Source of the DNA: Octopus sinensis
Lineage: Eukaryota
NCBI RefSeq assembly: GCF_006345805.1
Contig: NW_021831959.1
Span: forward strand, 1-36,706
Reading direction: 5' to 3'
Length of the DNA stretch: 36,706 nt
Positions within the stretch are counted from its first letter, which is position 1. Every line of letters begins with the position of its first letter. A program made the translations under genes and the position numbers. This document shows positions 12,077 to 21,745 of this stretch, piece after piece. The notes under the pieces are model-generated. The model saw only the letters and a list, made by a program, of their open reading frames with translations. It made no database searches and was not told the origin of the DNA.

Positions 12077-12790
12077 ACAAAATGAAGTTACGAGACTTTA
12101 AGTAGAATTGTTCGGGATTGGTAAAGGGAAGGCAGCAACGAAATAGATCTGTGGTGGTGGCGGTGGTTGTGTTAGTGGGTAGTGGTGGTGTGGTGGTGGG
12201 GTATTGGTGGTGGTGGCGGTGGTGTGGTATAAGTGGTGGTGGTGTGGGGTGGTATTGGTGGTGGTGGCGGTGGTGGTGGATGGATGTTCATCTCCTTCCA
12301 GACAGAGATCTGTCTCAATATTGGATTATCAAAGTCAGCAGTGATGTTTGGAGCGGAGGAGCGGGAGGGTGGGTGGGGGTGGGAGGGGGGGGGGTAGGAG
12401 GTTGAGGGGGGGGGTTGGGTGGGGGGGGGGTCGGAAAGGAGTTTTTGGTTGTTGTTGTTGTTGGTGTAGTTAATGGTGGTGGCGCTGCTGTTGTTCGTGG
12501 TGTCGGTGGTTGTTGTGTTAGGGGTGGCAGGAGTGACTTTCTATTTGTTCATCTTCTTGTTATTGCTGTTGGTGTTGCCGGTGGTGGTGGTGGTGGTGGT
12601 GGTGGTGGTGGTTGTAGTTATGGTTCTGTTCTTCTTAATGGTAGTGTTCATGCTACTGTCGGTGGTGGTGGTCATGACTATGATGATGATGGCGGTGGTG
12701 GTGGTGTTAGGAGCGGTGTTCACGGTGGTGACTGTAATAGCGATGGTGGTGATGGTGATGGTGTAATGGTGGTAGTTGTAGTGGTGGTTT
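10690..12790 (+). repeat. G/purine-rich low-complexity block: G-runs, (GTA)n, (GATA)n, (GGT)n
   Basis: Read directly. The ORFs here are compositional artefacts. Confidence 0.9.
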
Positions 12791-12883
12791 TTGCTTAAGA
12801 ACACGACGCACCGCCCTGTCCAGGAATCGAAACCACGATTTACGGAACGTGAGTGCAATTTCCTAACCACTGGGCTTTGAGTC

Positions 12884-12890
<7 letters not shown>
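12787..12890 (-). mobile_element. SINE-C head fragment abutting (TG)n
   Basis: GTGAAGACTCAAAGCCCAGTGGTTAG..GGTTTCGATTCC..GTGTTCTTAAGCAA. Confidence 0.7.
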
Positions 12891-12968
<78 letters not shown>

Positions 12969-12991
12969 ATGTGGAGGTGTATATATTTCGA

Positions 12992-13083
12992 GGGGGATTA
13001 GCTCAGATGGTAGAGCACACGCTTCGTACTAGCTAGCAAGAAATTCGACATCTGCAGCGATGGTTCGATGCCCAGGATCTCCA
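12992..13083 (+). pseudogene. tRNA-Ala-derived sequence with about 19 extra nt 3' of the anticodon loop
   Basis: Starts GGGGGATTAGCTCAGATGGTAGAGC (tRNA-Ala 5' half), has GGTTCGATGCCC and ends TCTCCA. The anticodon-stem 3' strand is missing. TTTTT lies about 14 nt downstream. Confidence 0.7.
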
Positions 13084-13127
13084 AGAAGAATTCGCATTTT
13101 TGTCTTCAAGATGGTGCCAAAGCATGG

Positions 13128-13158
<31 letters not shown>

Positions 13159-13205
13159 GCATATATATGTATATGCATGCATATATATATATTTATGTAT
13201 ATAAA

Positions 13206-13302
13206 TAATTTACAAGATAAGGGCAAAAGAAAAATTCTAATGCCAAATATGCCGAAAAAAAGACAAAATTGTCAATAACCATTATAAGTTATGCGTCTCG
13301 AA
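13206..13302 (-). mobile_element. Inverted copy of the PLE-type end at 16837-16933
   Basis: About 97 bp reverse-complement match by eye, with (TA)-rich flanks. Confidence 0.75.
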
Positions 13303-13342
13303 TTTATGTGTATATAATATATATATATAATATATATATATG

Positions 13343-13538
13343 TCGCGTGTGTACCGTTGGCGATTTTTTTTCCTCTGTCTTCCCTTCTCTGGATCTTTCC
13401 TTCTCCTGTTTCCGACGAAGAACTCCACTCGAAACGTTAAACGTCTTTCCTTCTTTCCTGAGCGTCCAATAATACTATACTTGTTCCACGTCCTCGCGTT
13501 GTTGTGTCTTTTTTGTGCTTTCATGTTTGGATTAACTA
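13343..13538 (+). mobile_element. Short PLE-end-like repeat, family F (second copy at 20809-20990)
   Basis: Two copies are highly similar, end GGATTAACT followed by (TA)-rich sequence, and carry CCGACGA..GAAACGTT. Confidence 0.7.
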
Positions 13539-13548
13539 CATATATATA

Positions 13549-13977
13549 TAGGCGTGGCTGTGTGTGTATATATATATATATATATGTAGGCGTGATTGTG
13601 TGGTAAGAAGTTTGCTTCCCAGCCACATGGTTCTGGGTTCAGTCCCACTGGATGGCACCTTCAGTAAGTGTCTTCTACTATAGCCTCGGGCCGACCAGAT
13701 CCTTGTGAGTGGATTTGGTAGATGGAAACTGAAAGAAGCCTGTCGCATATATGTGTGTGTGTACGTGTGAGTGTCACTGTCTCTCATCACCGCTTGACGA
13801 TCTGTGTAGATGTGTTTACGTACCTCGTAACCGAACGGTTCGGCAAAAGAGAACGATGGAGTAAGAGCTAGGCTTAAGAAAAAAAGCAAGTACAAAGGTC
13901 GATACATTCGACTGAAATTTCTTTAAGGCGGTGCCCCAGCATGGCCACAGTCCATTAACTGAATCAAATAAAAGATG
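13549..13977 (+). mobile_element. SINE family A, diverged
   Basis: Homologous over its length to 2408-2800. Confidence 0.85.
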
Positions 13978-14065
13978 TATGTGTGCATATGTATGAGTTT
14001 GTGTATGTACTGGATTCTGGAAATTTTCAAGGGATGACACAGTGGTAGTAGTGGTAGTAGTAGTG

Positions 14066-14108
<43 letters not shown>

Positions 14109-14394
14109 CCGCAGCAGCCGCAGCGGAGTTGTATCAGTAGGGGAGGCGGTAGGGAGAGTAGCGGTAGTGTAAAGGGAGGTGAAAGGGCTGCGCAAAAAGG
14201 GGGTAAAAAAAGGAAAAACCTGCGTTTGAATAATTAATAGAGGTCTGATGTGATGAAGGTTTTGTGATGAAGGGGTTGGGAGAGTGGGTGGTGGTGGTGT
14301 GTAGAGGAGGTGGTGGAAGCACCTTACGTGCTTCTATGTGTGTGTGTATATATGTATGTGTATATGGATACGTGTGTATATGTATATTTATATG

Positions 14395-14439
<45 letters not shown>

Positions 14440-14647
14440 ATCACATACATACATACATACACACATGCATGCATACTGACATATGTACACAAATACACAC
14501 TGACATACGCACTACGCACACACACATACATAAATACAACATACATACACGCACAAAAACACACAAAAACACGTACGTGCATGCGTATATATGTATATAA
14601 ATGTATATATATATATATATATATATATGTATGCGTATAAATGTATA

Positions 14648-15025
14648 CCCTTTACTCTCTCTTTTACTTGTTTCAGTCATTTGACTGCGGCCATGCTGGA
14701 GCACCGCCTTTAGTCGAGCAAATCGACCCCGGGACTTATTCTTTGTAAGCCTAGTACTTATTCTATCGGTCTCTTATGCCGAACCGCTAAGTTATGGGGA
14801 CGTAAACACACCAGCATCGGTTGTCAAGCAATGCTAGGGGGACAAACACAGACACACAAACACACATACATATATATACATACATATACACGACGGGCTT
14901 CTTTCAGTTTCCGTCTACCAAATCCACTCACAAGGCTTTGGTCGGCCCGAGCTATAGTAGAAGACACTTGCCAATAATGCCACACAGCGGGACTGAACCC
15001 GGAACATGTGGTTGGTAAACAAGCT
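14648..15025 (-). mobile_element. SINE family A
   Basis: Homologous to 2408-2800 on the reverse strand. Confidence 0.9.
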
Positions 15026-15030
15026 GTATG

Positions 15031-15105
<75 letters not shown>

Positions 15106-15254
15106 ATAATGGAGAAATAGAGAGTACCACCGGATTTGAACCTAACTGTTTTGATCCATTCATGTAACTCCCAATTAATTGCTTGAGTGCTCTTCTTTAA
15201 TTTGTCCACTTACTCCTATATACAGATGTGTATGTATATGTATAAATATGTGTG

Positions 15255-15420
15255 TGTGTGTATGTGTGTGTAACAGACATATATAAAAAGCAAGAAACCC
15301 GGGAACAACAAACGGTGCATTAGTTTGACGCTCAGGGAAAAATGGAAGAAGCCTTGACGTTTCGAACCGACGCTCTTTTACAGAAAGGAATAAAGTGAGA
15401 AAACAGGTGGAGAGAGGGTA
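15255..15420 (-). mobile_element. Short repeat family G (also 16395-16556 + and 36515-36706 -)
   Basis: The copies share CTTTCTGT..GAGCGT(A/C)GG(C/T)TCGAAA(C/T)GT..CTGAGCG..ACTAAT. Confidence 0.7.
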
Positions 15421-15544
15421 AAAATACATGTGTATGTGTGTGTATACTGGTTTCAGTAAAAGAGTGGGTGTAAGTTTATAGTTATTTTATGCAACCCGAA
15501 AGGATGAAAGGTAAAGTCGACTTTGTCAGAATTTGAACTCAGAA

Positions 15545-15970
15545 TAAATAATAATAAATAAATATATATATGTATATATATATATATATATAATATATAA
15601 ATAATATATAAATATATGCATATATACATACATATATATATATATGTACATACCTATATATACATATATACATACATATATGTACATACCTATATATATA
15701 TATATGTATATATACATGTATATATGGGTACAGGACATCAAAAAATGTTGAACACAATGAGAAACGAAAACATAAAAACAAAAACATAGAAACGAACTTT
15801 TTTTCAAACAACGGAAAAACAGAGAAATGAGACATCCAACAGAAGGAATATTCCCGAGTTGTATTGGAGACAAATGGACGAAACTACATAGATATTCCAG
15901 ACTCCGACTGAAGAAGCAATTAGCTGCAAATGATCCGTGTATCATGTTTTGTCCTGTTTTCCGTTGTTGT
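15545..15970 (-). mobile_element. Repeat family D (also 21010-21760 +, 21770-22500 -, 25830-26165 +)
   Basis: Shared block AACACAA(T/C)GAGAAACGAAAACATAAA..CAACG(G/A)AAAA and a TATGTACATA..TATGCATAT tail. Confidence 0.75.
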
Positions 15971-16032
15971 GCTATCATCCTTTTCATGCTTGTTAGGTTT
16001 TCACGATTTCCGTTTCTTGTGTGTTGTACCTT

Positions 16033-16365
16033 GCATGGCTCAGTGGTTAGAGCGTCGAGCTTACGATCGTGAGGTTGTGAGCTCGAATCCCGGACCGGGC
16101 TGCGTGTTGTGTTCTTGAGCAAGGCACTTTATTTCACGTTGCTCCACTTCACTCTGCTGTAGAAATGAGTTGCGACGTCACTGGTGCCAAGCTGTATCGA
16201 CCTTTGTCTTTCCCTTGGATAACACTGGTGGCGTGGAGAGGGGAGGCTGGTATGCATGGGCGACTGCTGGTCTTCCATAAACAACCTTGCCCGGACTTGT
16301 GTCTAGGAGGGGAACTTTCTAGGTGCAATCCCATGGTCATTCATGACCGAAGGGGGTCTTTACCT
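16033..16365 (+). mobile_element. SINE family C, near full length
   Basis: A box TGGCTCAGTGG, B box GCTCGAATCC, then GTGTTGTGTTCTTGAGCAAGGCACTT central domain. Confidence 0.88.
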
Positions 16366-16589
16366 CTTTATATATATATATATTATATATCATGATAGAT
16401 CGGTAGCCACTACTCACATTTTTTCTCTACTTGTTTTTTTCTGTGTCCCTTTCTGTAGCAGAGCGTAGGCTCGAAACGTAAAAGACTTTTTCAATTTCTG
16501 AGCGTTATACTAATACATCTGTTTGTTATGTACACCACCTGTCTCCGTCTTTTGTTTATATATGTATATATATATATAACTTTATAACT

Positions 16590-16933
16590 TTATAACTCTG
16601 TGAAAAATTTGAAGTTCGAATCACACGTGTCTCGAGATGTGCCGAAGATTTTCTATTTTGGGATATATTTGGGGTACTTAGGTCTGCTCGGGACTTAGTG
16701 CTTGCTTTTTCCATGGGTATGAGTGAGTATTTCACACATATCTCACGTATTTATCGCTGAAGAGGGTAAAATTCTTATGAATTAACCCCGAAATTGGGAC
16801 CAATAACGGATTTTTTAGAAATTTCTATCGGTTTGTTTCGAGACGCATAAATTATATTGCTTATTGACAATTTTGTCTTTTTTTCGGCATATTTGGCATT
16901 AGAATTTTTCTTTTGCCCTTATTTTGTAAATTA
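16590..16933 (+). mobile_element. PLE-type pLTR with degenerate HHR at 16751-16806
   Basis: TTATCG-CTGAAGA-GGG..AATTC-TTAT-GAATT..CCCC-GAAA-TTGGGAC-CAATAA. Ends GTAAATTA(TA)n. Confidence 0.6.
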
Positions 16934-17156
16934 TATATATATGTATATATGTATATATGTATATATATATATATATGAAATCTAGTGATACGAACAGGTT
17001 GTATCTTAGAGGAAACGCCGACAAAGGAGTCTGAATCCTGAAATGTTTATCGATATGCCCTCGGCCTTATTTAAAACACTTGATAATCCAAACTGTCAAG
17101 TTTCATAATTCAATATCCCACCTAATCTTTTTTAATGTTCTTATTAACTGTTTGTG

Positions 17157-17680
17157 TGAAGACGCTCAGTGGTTAGAGCGTCGGACACACACTCACGGAC
17201 CAAGCTGTGAGTTATGTTCTTGAGCAAGACACTTTGTCTCATGCTGCTCCAATTCACTCAACTGTAGAAATGAGTTGTGACGTCACTGGTGCCAAGCTGC
17301 ATTAGCAGCCTTTGCCTTTTCCATGGATACCATCGGTGGCATGGCGACTGGGTGGCTGGTAAGGCGGCGAGTTGGCAGAAACGTTAGCACGCCGGGCGAA
17401 ATGCGTAGCCGTATTTCGTCTGTCTTTACGTTCTGAGTTCAAATTCCGCCGAGGTCGACTTTGCCTTTCATCCTTTCAGGGTCGATTAAATAAGTATGTC
17501 TGTCCTTGTTTGTCCCTTCTATGTTTAGCCCCTTGTGGGTAATAAAGAGATAGATATGCATAGGCGACTGCTGGGCTTCTATAAAACAACCTTGCCTGGG
17601 CATGTGACTAGGAGGGTAACGTTCTACGCGCAACCCCACGGTCACTCGTCTCCGAAACGGGGTCTTTACCCTTCTTCCTT
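17157..17680 (+). mobile_element. SINE-C lacking its B box, with a nested, internally deleted SINE-B at 17362-17553
   Basis: The family C sequence splits at GGCTGGT|ATGCAT around the B copy. Confidence 0.8.
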
Positions 17681-17687
17681 TTTATTA

Positions 17688-18096
17688 ACTCTTTACTCTT
17701 TTACTCTTTTACTTGTTTCAGTCATTTGACTGCGGCCATGCTGGAGCACCGCCATTAATCGAGCAACTCGACCCCGGGACTTATTGTTTTGTAAGCCCAG
17801 TACTTATTCTATCGGTCTCTTTTGCTGAACCACTAAGTAACGGGGACGTAAACACACTAGCATCGGTTGTCAAGCGATGCTAGGGAGACAAACACAGACA
17901 CTCAAACACAAACGCATATATATATACATATATACGACGGGCTTCTTTCAGTTTCCGTCTACCAAATCCACTCACAAGGCTTTGGTCGGCCCGAGGCTAT
18001 AGTAGAAGACACTTGCCCAAGGTGCCACGCAGTGGGACTGAACCCGGAACCATGTTGTTGGTAAGCAAGCTACTTACCACACAGCCACTCCTGCAC
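17688..18096 (-). mobile_element. SINE family A, full length
   Basis: Homologous to the other family A copies. Confidence 0.92.
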
Positions 18097-18611
18097 CTAA
18101 CTGTTTACCCCCTTGATATTTTGTCTCCTTTGTTATTCTTGAAAGAACTACCAATCCCGTTGATCCCTCCGCACGTTCGGGGCAGATTGGGGACACCTTC
18201 GACACCTTAAGATGGGAAGCAGATCATTCGCAGCTGTGCAATTTTATCTGAAACACCTCTACAGCTGAACAAAGCACCGCTCAGCATCATTCATTTCAAC
18301 GCAAGAGCCGCTTCATTTAGCCAATATCAAAGAACAAAAACATCAGATTCATCTTCTTCTGCAGCGGATGCTGTAACTCCATGCGTGACGAGCAGAGCAA
18401 GATGTCCCGCAATCAATGTCAGGATTAAAATATTTATACATAAAATGCTGTTATTCATTATTCAGACTATAAACACTGTTTTCTAAAAAAAATCCCCAAA
18501 AACTGAGATTGTTTCCGGTATTTAAATGCATTTTTAACGATGGGGGTCACACCGACCCCAAAATAATGCGAACGTAATTTTTTTTTTCACAGTACCACAG
18601 CAGGGTTAAGT

Positions 18612-19050
18612 ATGATCAGCATTTATTTAAGGGTGTTGTGTGGTACCATATAGACAATATGGTACCGACTTGCAAACAGCTGTTGAACAAAAGCGACGAC
18701 GCCGTGGTGATCTCATTCTCGCTCACAACATAAGCGGAAAGTGTAACCTCTCGAAAGAGCTGTTCTTCACTCCTGCTCCAGAGCGTCGGCTGCGAGGTCA
18801 CTCCGAAAAGCTCTATCTGCAACGATTTCATCTCAATCGAAGGAGAGGGGCTTTCTCCGTCCGGGTTGCGGATCCATGGAATAAGCTGCCGGACGAGATA
18901 GTGAAGATGCCGACGACCGCTCGGTTCAAAGTCTCTCTTGATCAGAAATGGCCTGAACTCTTTGCATGAACACCACCCTGTACATAACTCCATGTCCCCC
19001 TACATGGCCTTGCTCTTTGCTTTTTGAGCCAAAAAATTAATTTAACTAAA
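18612..19050 (+). mobile_element. CR1-group LINE 3' end (ORF2 C-terminus, 3' UTR, AACTA-like tail)
   Basis: RRRRGDLILAH..LRGHSEKL..FSVRVADPWNKLPDEIV..FKVSLD matches the CR1-type C-terminal motif. Confidence 0.85.
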
Positions 19051-19074
19051 CTTAAGTAAAAACAAAACAAAATT

Positions 19075-19240
19075 AAGCTCAAAGACTTGGCTGTGTGGTT
19101 AAGAAGTCCTTTCATAGCCATGTGGTTCTGAGTTCAGTCCTACCGGACGGCTTCTCGGGGTAAGTTATTTTTGCTATTGTAACCGGACCGACCAATGCCT
19201 TCTAAGCGAATCTGGTAGGCGGAAACTGTGTGGAAGCCTG
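19075..19240 (+). mobile_element. Old SINE-A head fragment
   Basis: TTGGCTGTGTGGTTAAGAAG..GAGTTCAGTCC..GGAAACTG..GAAGCC. Confidence 0.6.
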
Positions 19241-19244
19241 TCAT

Positions 19245-19750
19245 CCAAGATATTCAAGCGAAATTTGACAATTTGCATGAAAGTAAAAGAAAACAAATCT
19301 CCCGTCCCAAAATAAAATTATTTTATAAAATTCAAAACACGTCCACTTGATTATGGCTGGGAGGAAACAATTTATTCGAAGTAGCCATCCCCAGTTTCTA
19401 CAACCGCCTCATGGTGGCTCAGGAGCCTGGCGCATGCGGCCCTCATTGAGTCTCAGGGAAGATCTTCAAACGCCTCCTTGGTCTCGGCCACCAGCTTGGG
19501 CTGGGTGCCGCGAGCGGAGCGGTTTGTGTCTTTCTCAGCCATGCCCCATATATAGTAATCCATGGGATTGCAATCGGGGGAATTAAGGGGTCAGAAATTA
19601 GGAGAGGGGAAACCACTTCTGACTCTTTCTGGAGGTGTGGTAAGGAACCAAATCCTGCTACCACACACATATGGCCTCCCACCAGCAACTCCACCCCTAG
19701 CTTGGGTTCGACCAGAATCTCCAGCAGCTTCATATAGCCGTGTGAATTGA
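19245..19750 (-). pseudogene. maT/DD37D-like transposase C-terminal relic plus TIR-like end
   Basis: GRPYV/W*QDLVPYHTSRKSQKW..NSPDCNPMDYYIWG..AVVETGDGYFE* (stop at 19372), with stops and frameshifts. Confidence 0.75.
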
Positions 19751-19829
19751 GCCTAAGATGTTGGCCAAACCTTCACACACAGAAAACCCTTTGCAGTTTT
19801 AGGGAACTTCGTTTTCATGATGTCCGTTT

Positions 19830-19912
19830 TCTACAAATGCAGACCTTTGAACAAGAACTGGCAAAGTTATTAGGTTGCGAAATTATACCAAATTTTTCGA
19901 AACACCCTGTTT
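19830..19912 (-). mobile_element. 5' terminal fragment of the DD41D-like element family seen at 24015
   Basis: Reverse complement CAGGGTGTTTCGAAAAATTTGGTAT..TGCATTTGTAGAAA matches 24016-24098. Confidence 0.8.
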
Positions 19913-20139
19913 ATATATAAATAATATGGATCGATTTACTCGACAAAATTTCTTTAAGACGGTGCCCCAACATGGCCAAGGAAAATGCAAACAGTTTTAA
20001 TATATTTCAAATGAAAGTGTATTGTGGTCGACCGGTTTCGCTTTCGCTAATCATAACATTGAGATTATTGTGATTTCATATTTTCTTAAGAAGTTTTTAG
20101 TCCATGTTCTTGTATGACAGTTTGGACTAAAGACTTCAT

Positions 20140-20275
20140 GATGTCTCACAGTGTTTATAATATTCACAGAACATTGGGCAGCAATCATGATGCTGGCATT
20201 TTGATACCCGACACGAATCATCTTGATACAAGCAACTCTTTTCCAATATTCAAATGGCTTCCAGGCTTCCATGGC
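20140..20275 (-). pseudogene. maT-like transposase N-terminal relic
   Basis: MEAWKPFEYWKRVACIKMIRVGYQNASIMIAAQCSVN resembles DD37D-family N-termini from recall. Same strand as the C-terminal relic. Confidence 0.5.
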
Positions 20276-20564
20276 AGCTAACTTGTTCTCAACTACAGCT
20301 TTAATCTTTATGCTCTTCAACGCTGTTGACTGTTCAATACATCAGGCTGTTCTTGAAAAAAGAAAAGAATCTGGGTACATACCTAATGAGCACTGATGCA
20401 ATCCAGATTTGGCAAACGACATCGAACGATAAGGAAATATAGATTTGCTTAAGATAAACAATTACGCGTACAGGGTACTTCACTCATTAAGTAAACCCTC
20501 GGTTTGCTTCACTGGATATTTTACAGCAGACACAGAATACATAAACAAGAGATCAAAGAAAATA

Positions 20565-20739
20565 GAGAATTAAGCATCTGCAGAACTTCTTTATTATACT
20601 ATTATTCTCATTAAATTCTCTTCAGATTCCAATCCGACACGTGTTTCACTGCAACAGAAACACGTGTCGGGTTGGAATTTAATGTGAGTTTTATGAGAAT
20701 GATAGTATAATAAACAAGTTTTGAAGATGCTTAGTTCTC
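20565..20739 (+). mobile_element. Fold-back element with HHR 3' half
   Basis: Arms about 83 nt, 9-nt loop at 20648-20656. GAAA-CACGTG-TC at 20657-20668. Confidence 0.75.
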
Positions 20740-21425
20740 CATTCATCTTTATGATGTCGTTATATGTACACCTAACCCTAACCCTAACCCGGTCATTCAA
20801 AATGTGACCGCGTGTGTACCGTTGGCGATTTTTTTCCTCTGTCTTCCCTTCTTTCCTTCTCCTATGTTTCCGACGAAGAGCTCTGCTCGAAACGTTAGAC
20901 CCTCCTTCTTTCCTGAGCGTCCAATAATACTATATTTGTTCCACGTCCTCGCGTTGTTGTGTTTTTTGTGCTTTCTTTTTGGATTAACTTTATATATATA
21001 TATATACATATATAAAACTCTTCTTAAAGCTGTTTTTAGGCGTTCGCCACCACAACTTCGTTTAGGCTTAGCAGTCCTTCTTGTTTGTCCAGAGTTTGTT
21101 ACCAATTTTGACCCTCCGCAAAATCCCAGATTTTATTTAATTTGCTTTGCGGGAGCAATTTTTTTTTATGGAAAACGTATCTTGTTGTGAAATATTTGAA
21201 ATACAGAAATAGAAAAACAGCCGACAACTGATGAAGGGTCGTTCTTTATGTTGTTTGTCTTGTTTTCCATTTGTGTTTTTCGTTGTTCAAAAAAATAGTC
21301 CATATTCCATGTACTCGTACTTCGTGTTTTTGTTGTTTACGTTTTGCGACGTCCTGTGCTCACATATGCATATGCGTATATATATATATTATATAATATA
21401 TATATATATATGTGTGTTGTGTGGG

Positions 21426-21456
<31 letters not shown>

Positions 21457-21464
21457 GTATGTAT

Positions 21465-21684
21465 GTATATATATGTATGTACATATACGTATGTATATAT
21501 GCACATATATAAATTATTTATATTATATATACATATAGATGTAAGTATGTACATATACTTATGTATATATGCATATATATATATTATTTATATTATATAT
21601 ACATTATATATATATATATATAGATGTAAGTATGTACATATACGTATGTATATATGCATATATATATAATATATATATATATAT

Positions 21685-21720
<36 letters not shown>

Positions 21721-21745
21721 ATTCATATTATATATACATATACAT
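21465..21745 (+). repeat. Degenerate minisatellite of the family D tail, about 3-4 units
   Basis: ATATAGATGTAAGTATGTACATATAC.TATGTATATATGCATAT recurs. Confidence 0.75.

Noticed and set aside
10755-12080. 260-aa Pro/Ser-rich and 179-aa Leu/Ser-rich ORFs
   Set aside because: They are translations of C-rich and (CTAT)/(CT) low-complexity DNA with no domain or splice support.
16033-16105. Functional tRNA gene
   Set aside because: It continues directly into SINE body sequence shared with other copies, and no clean cloverleaf forms.
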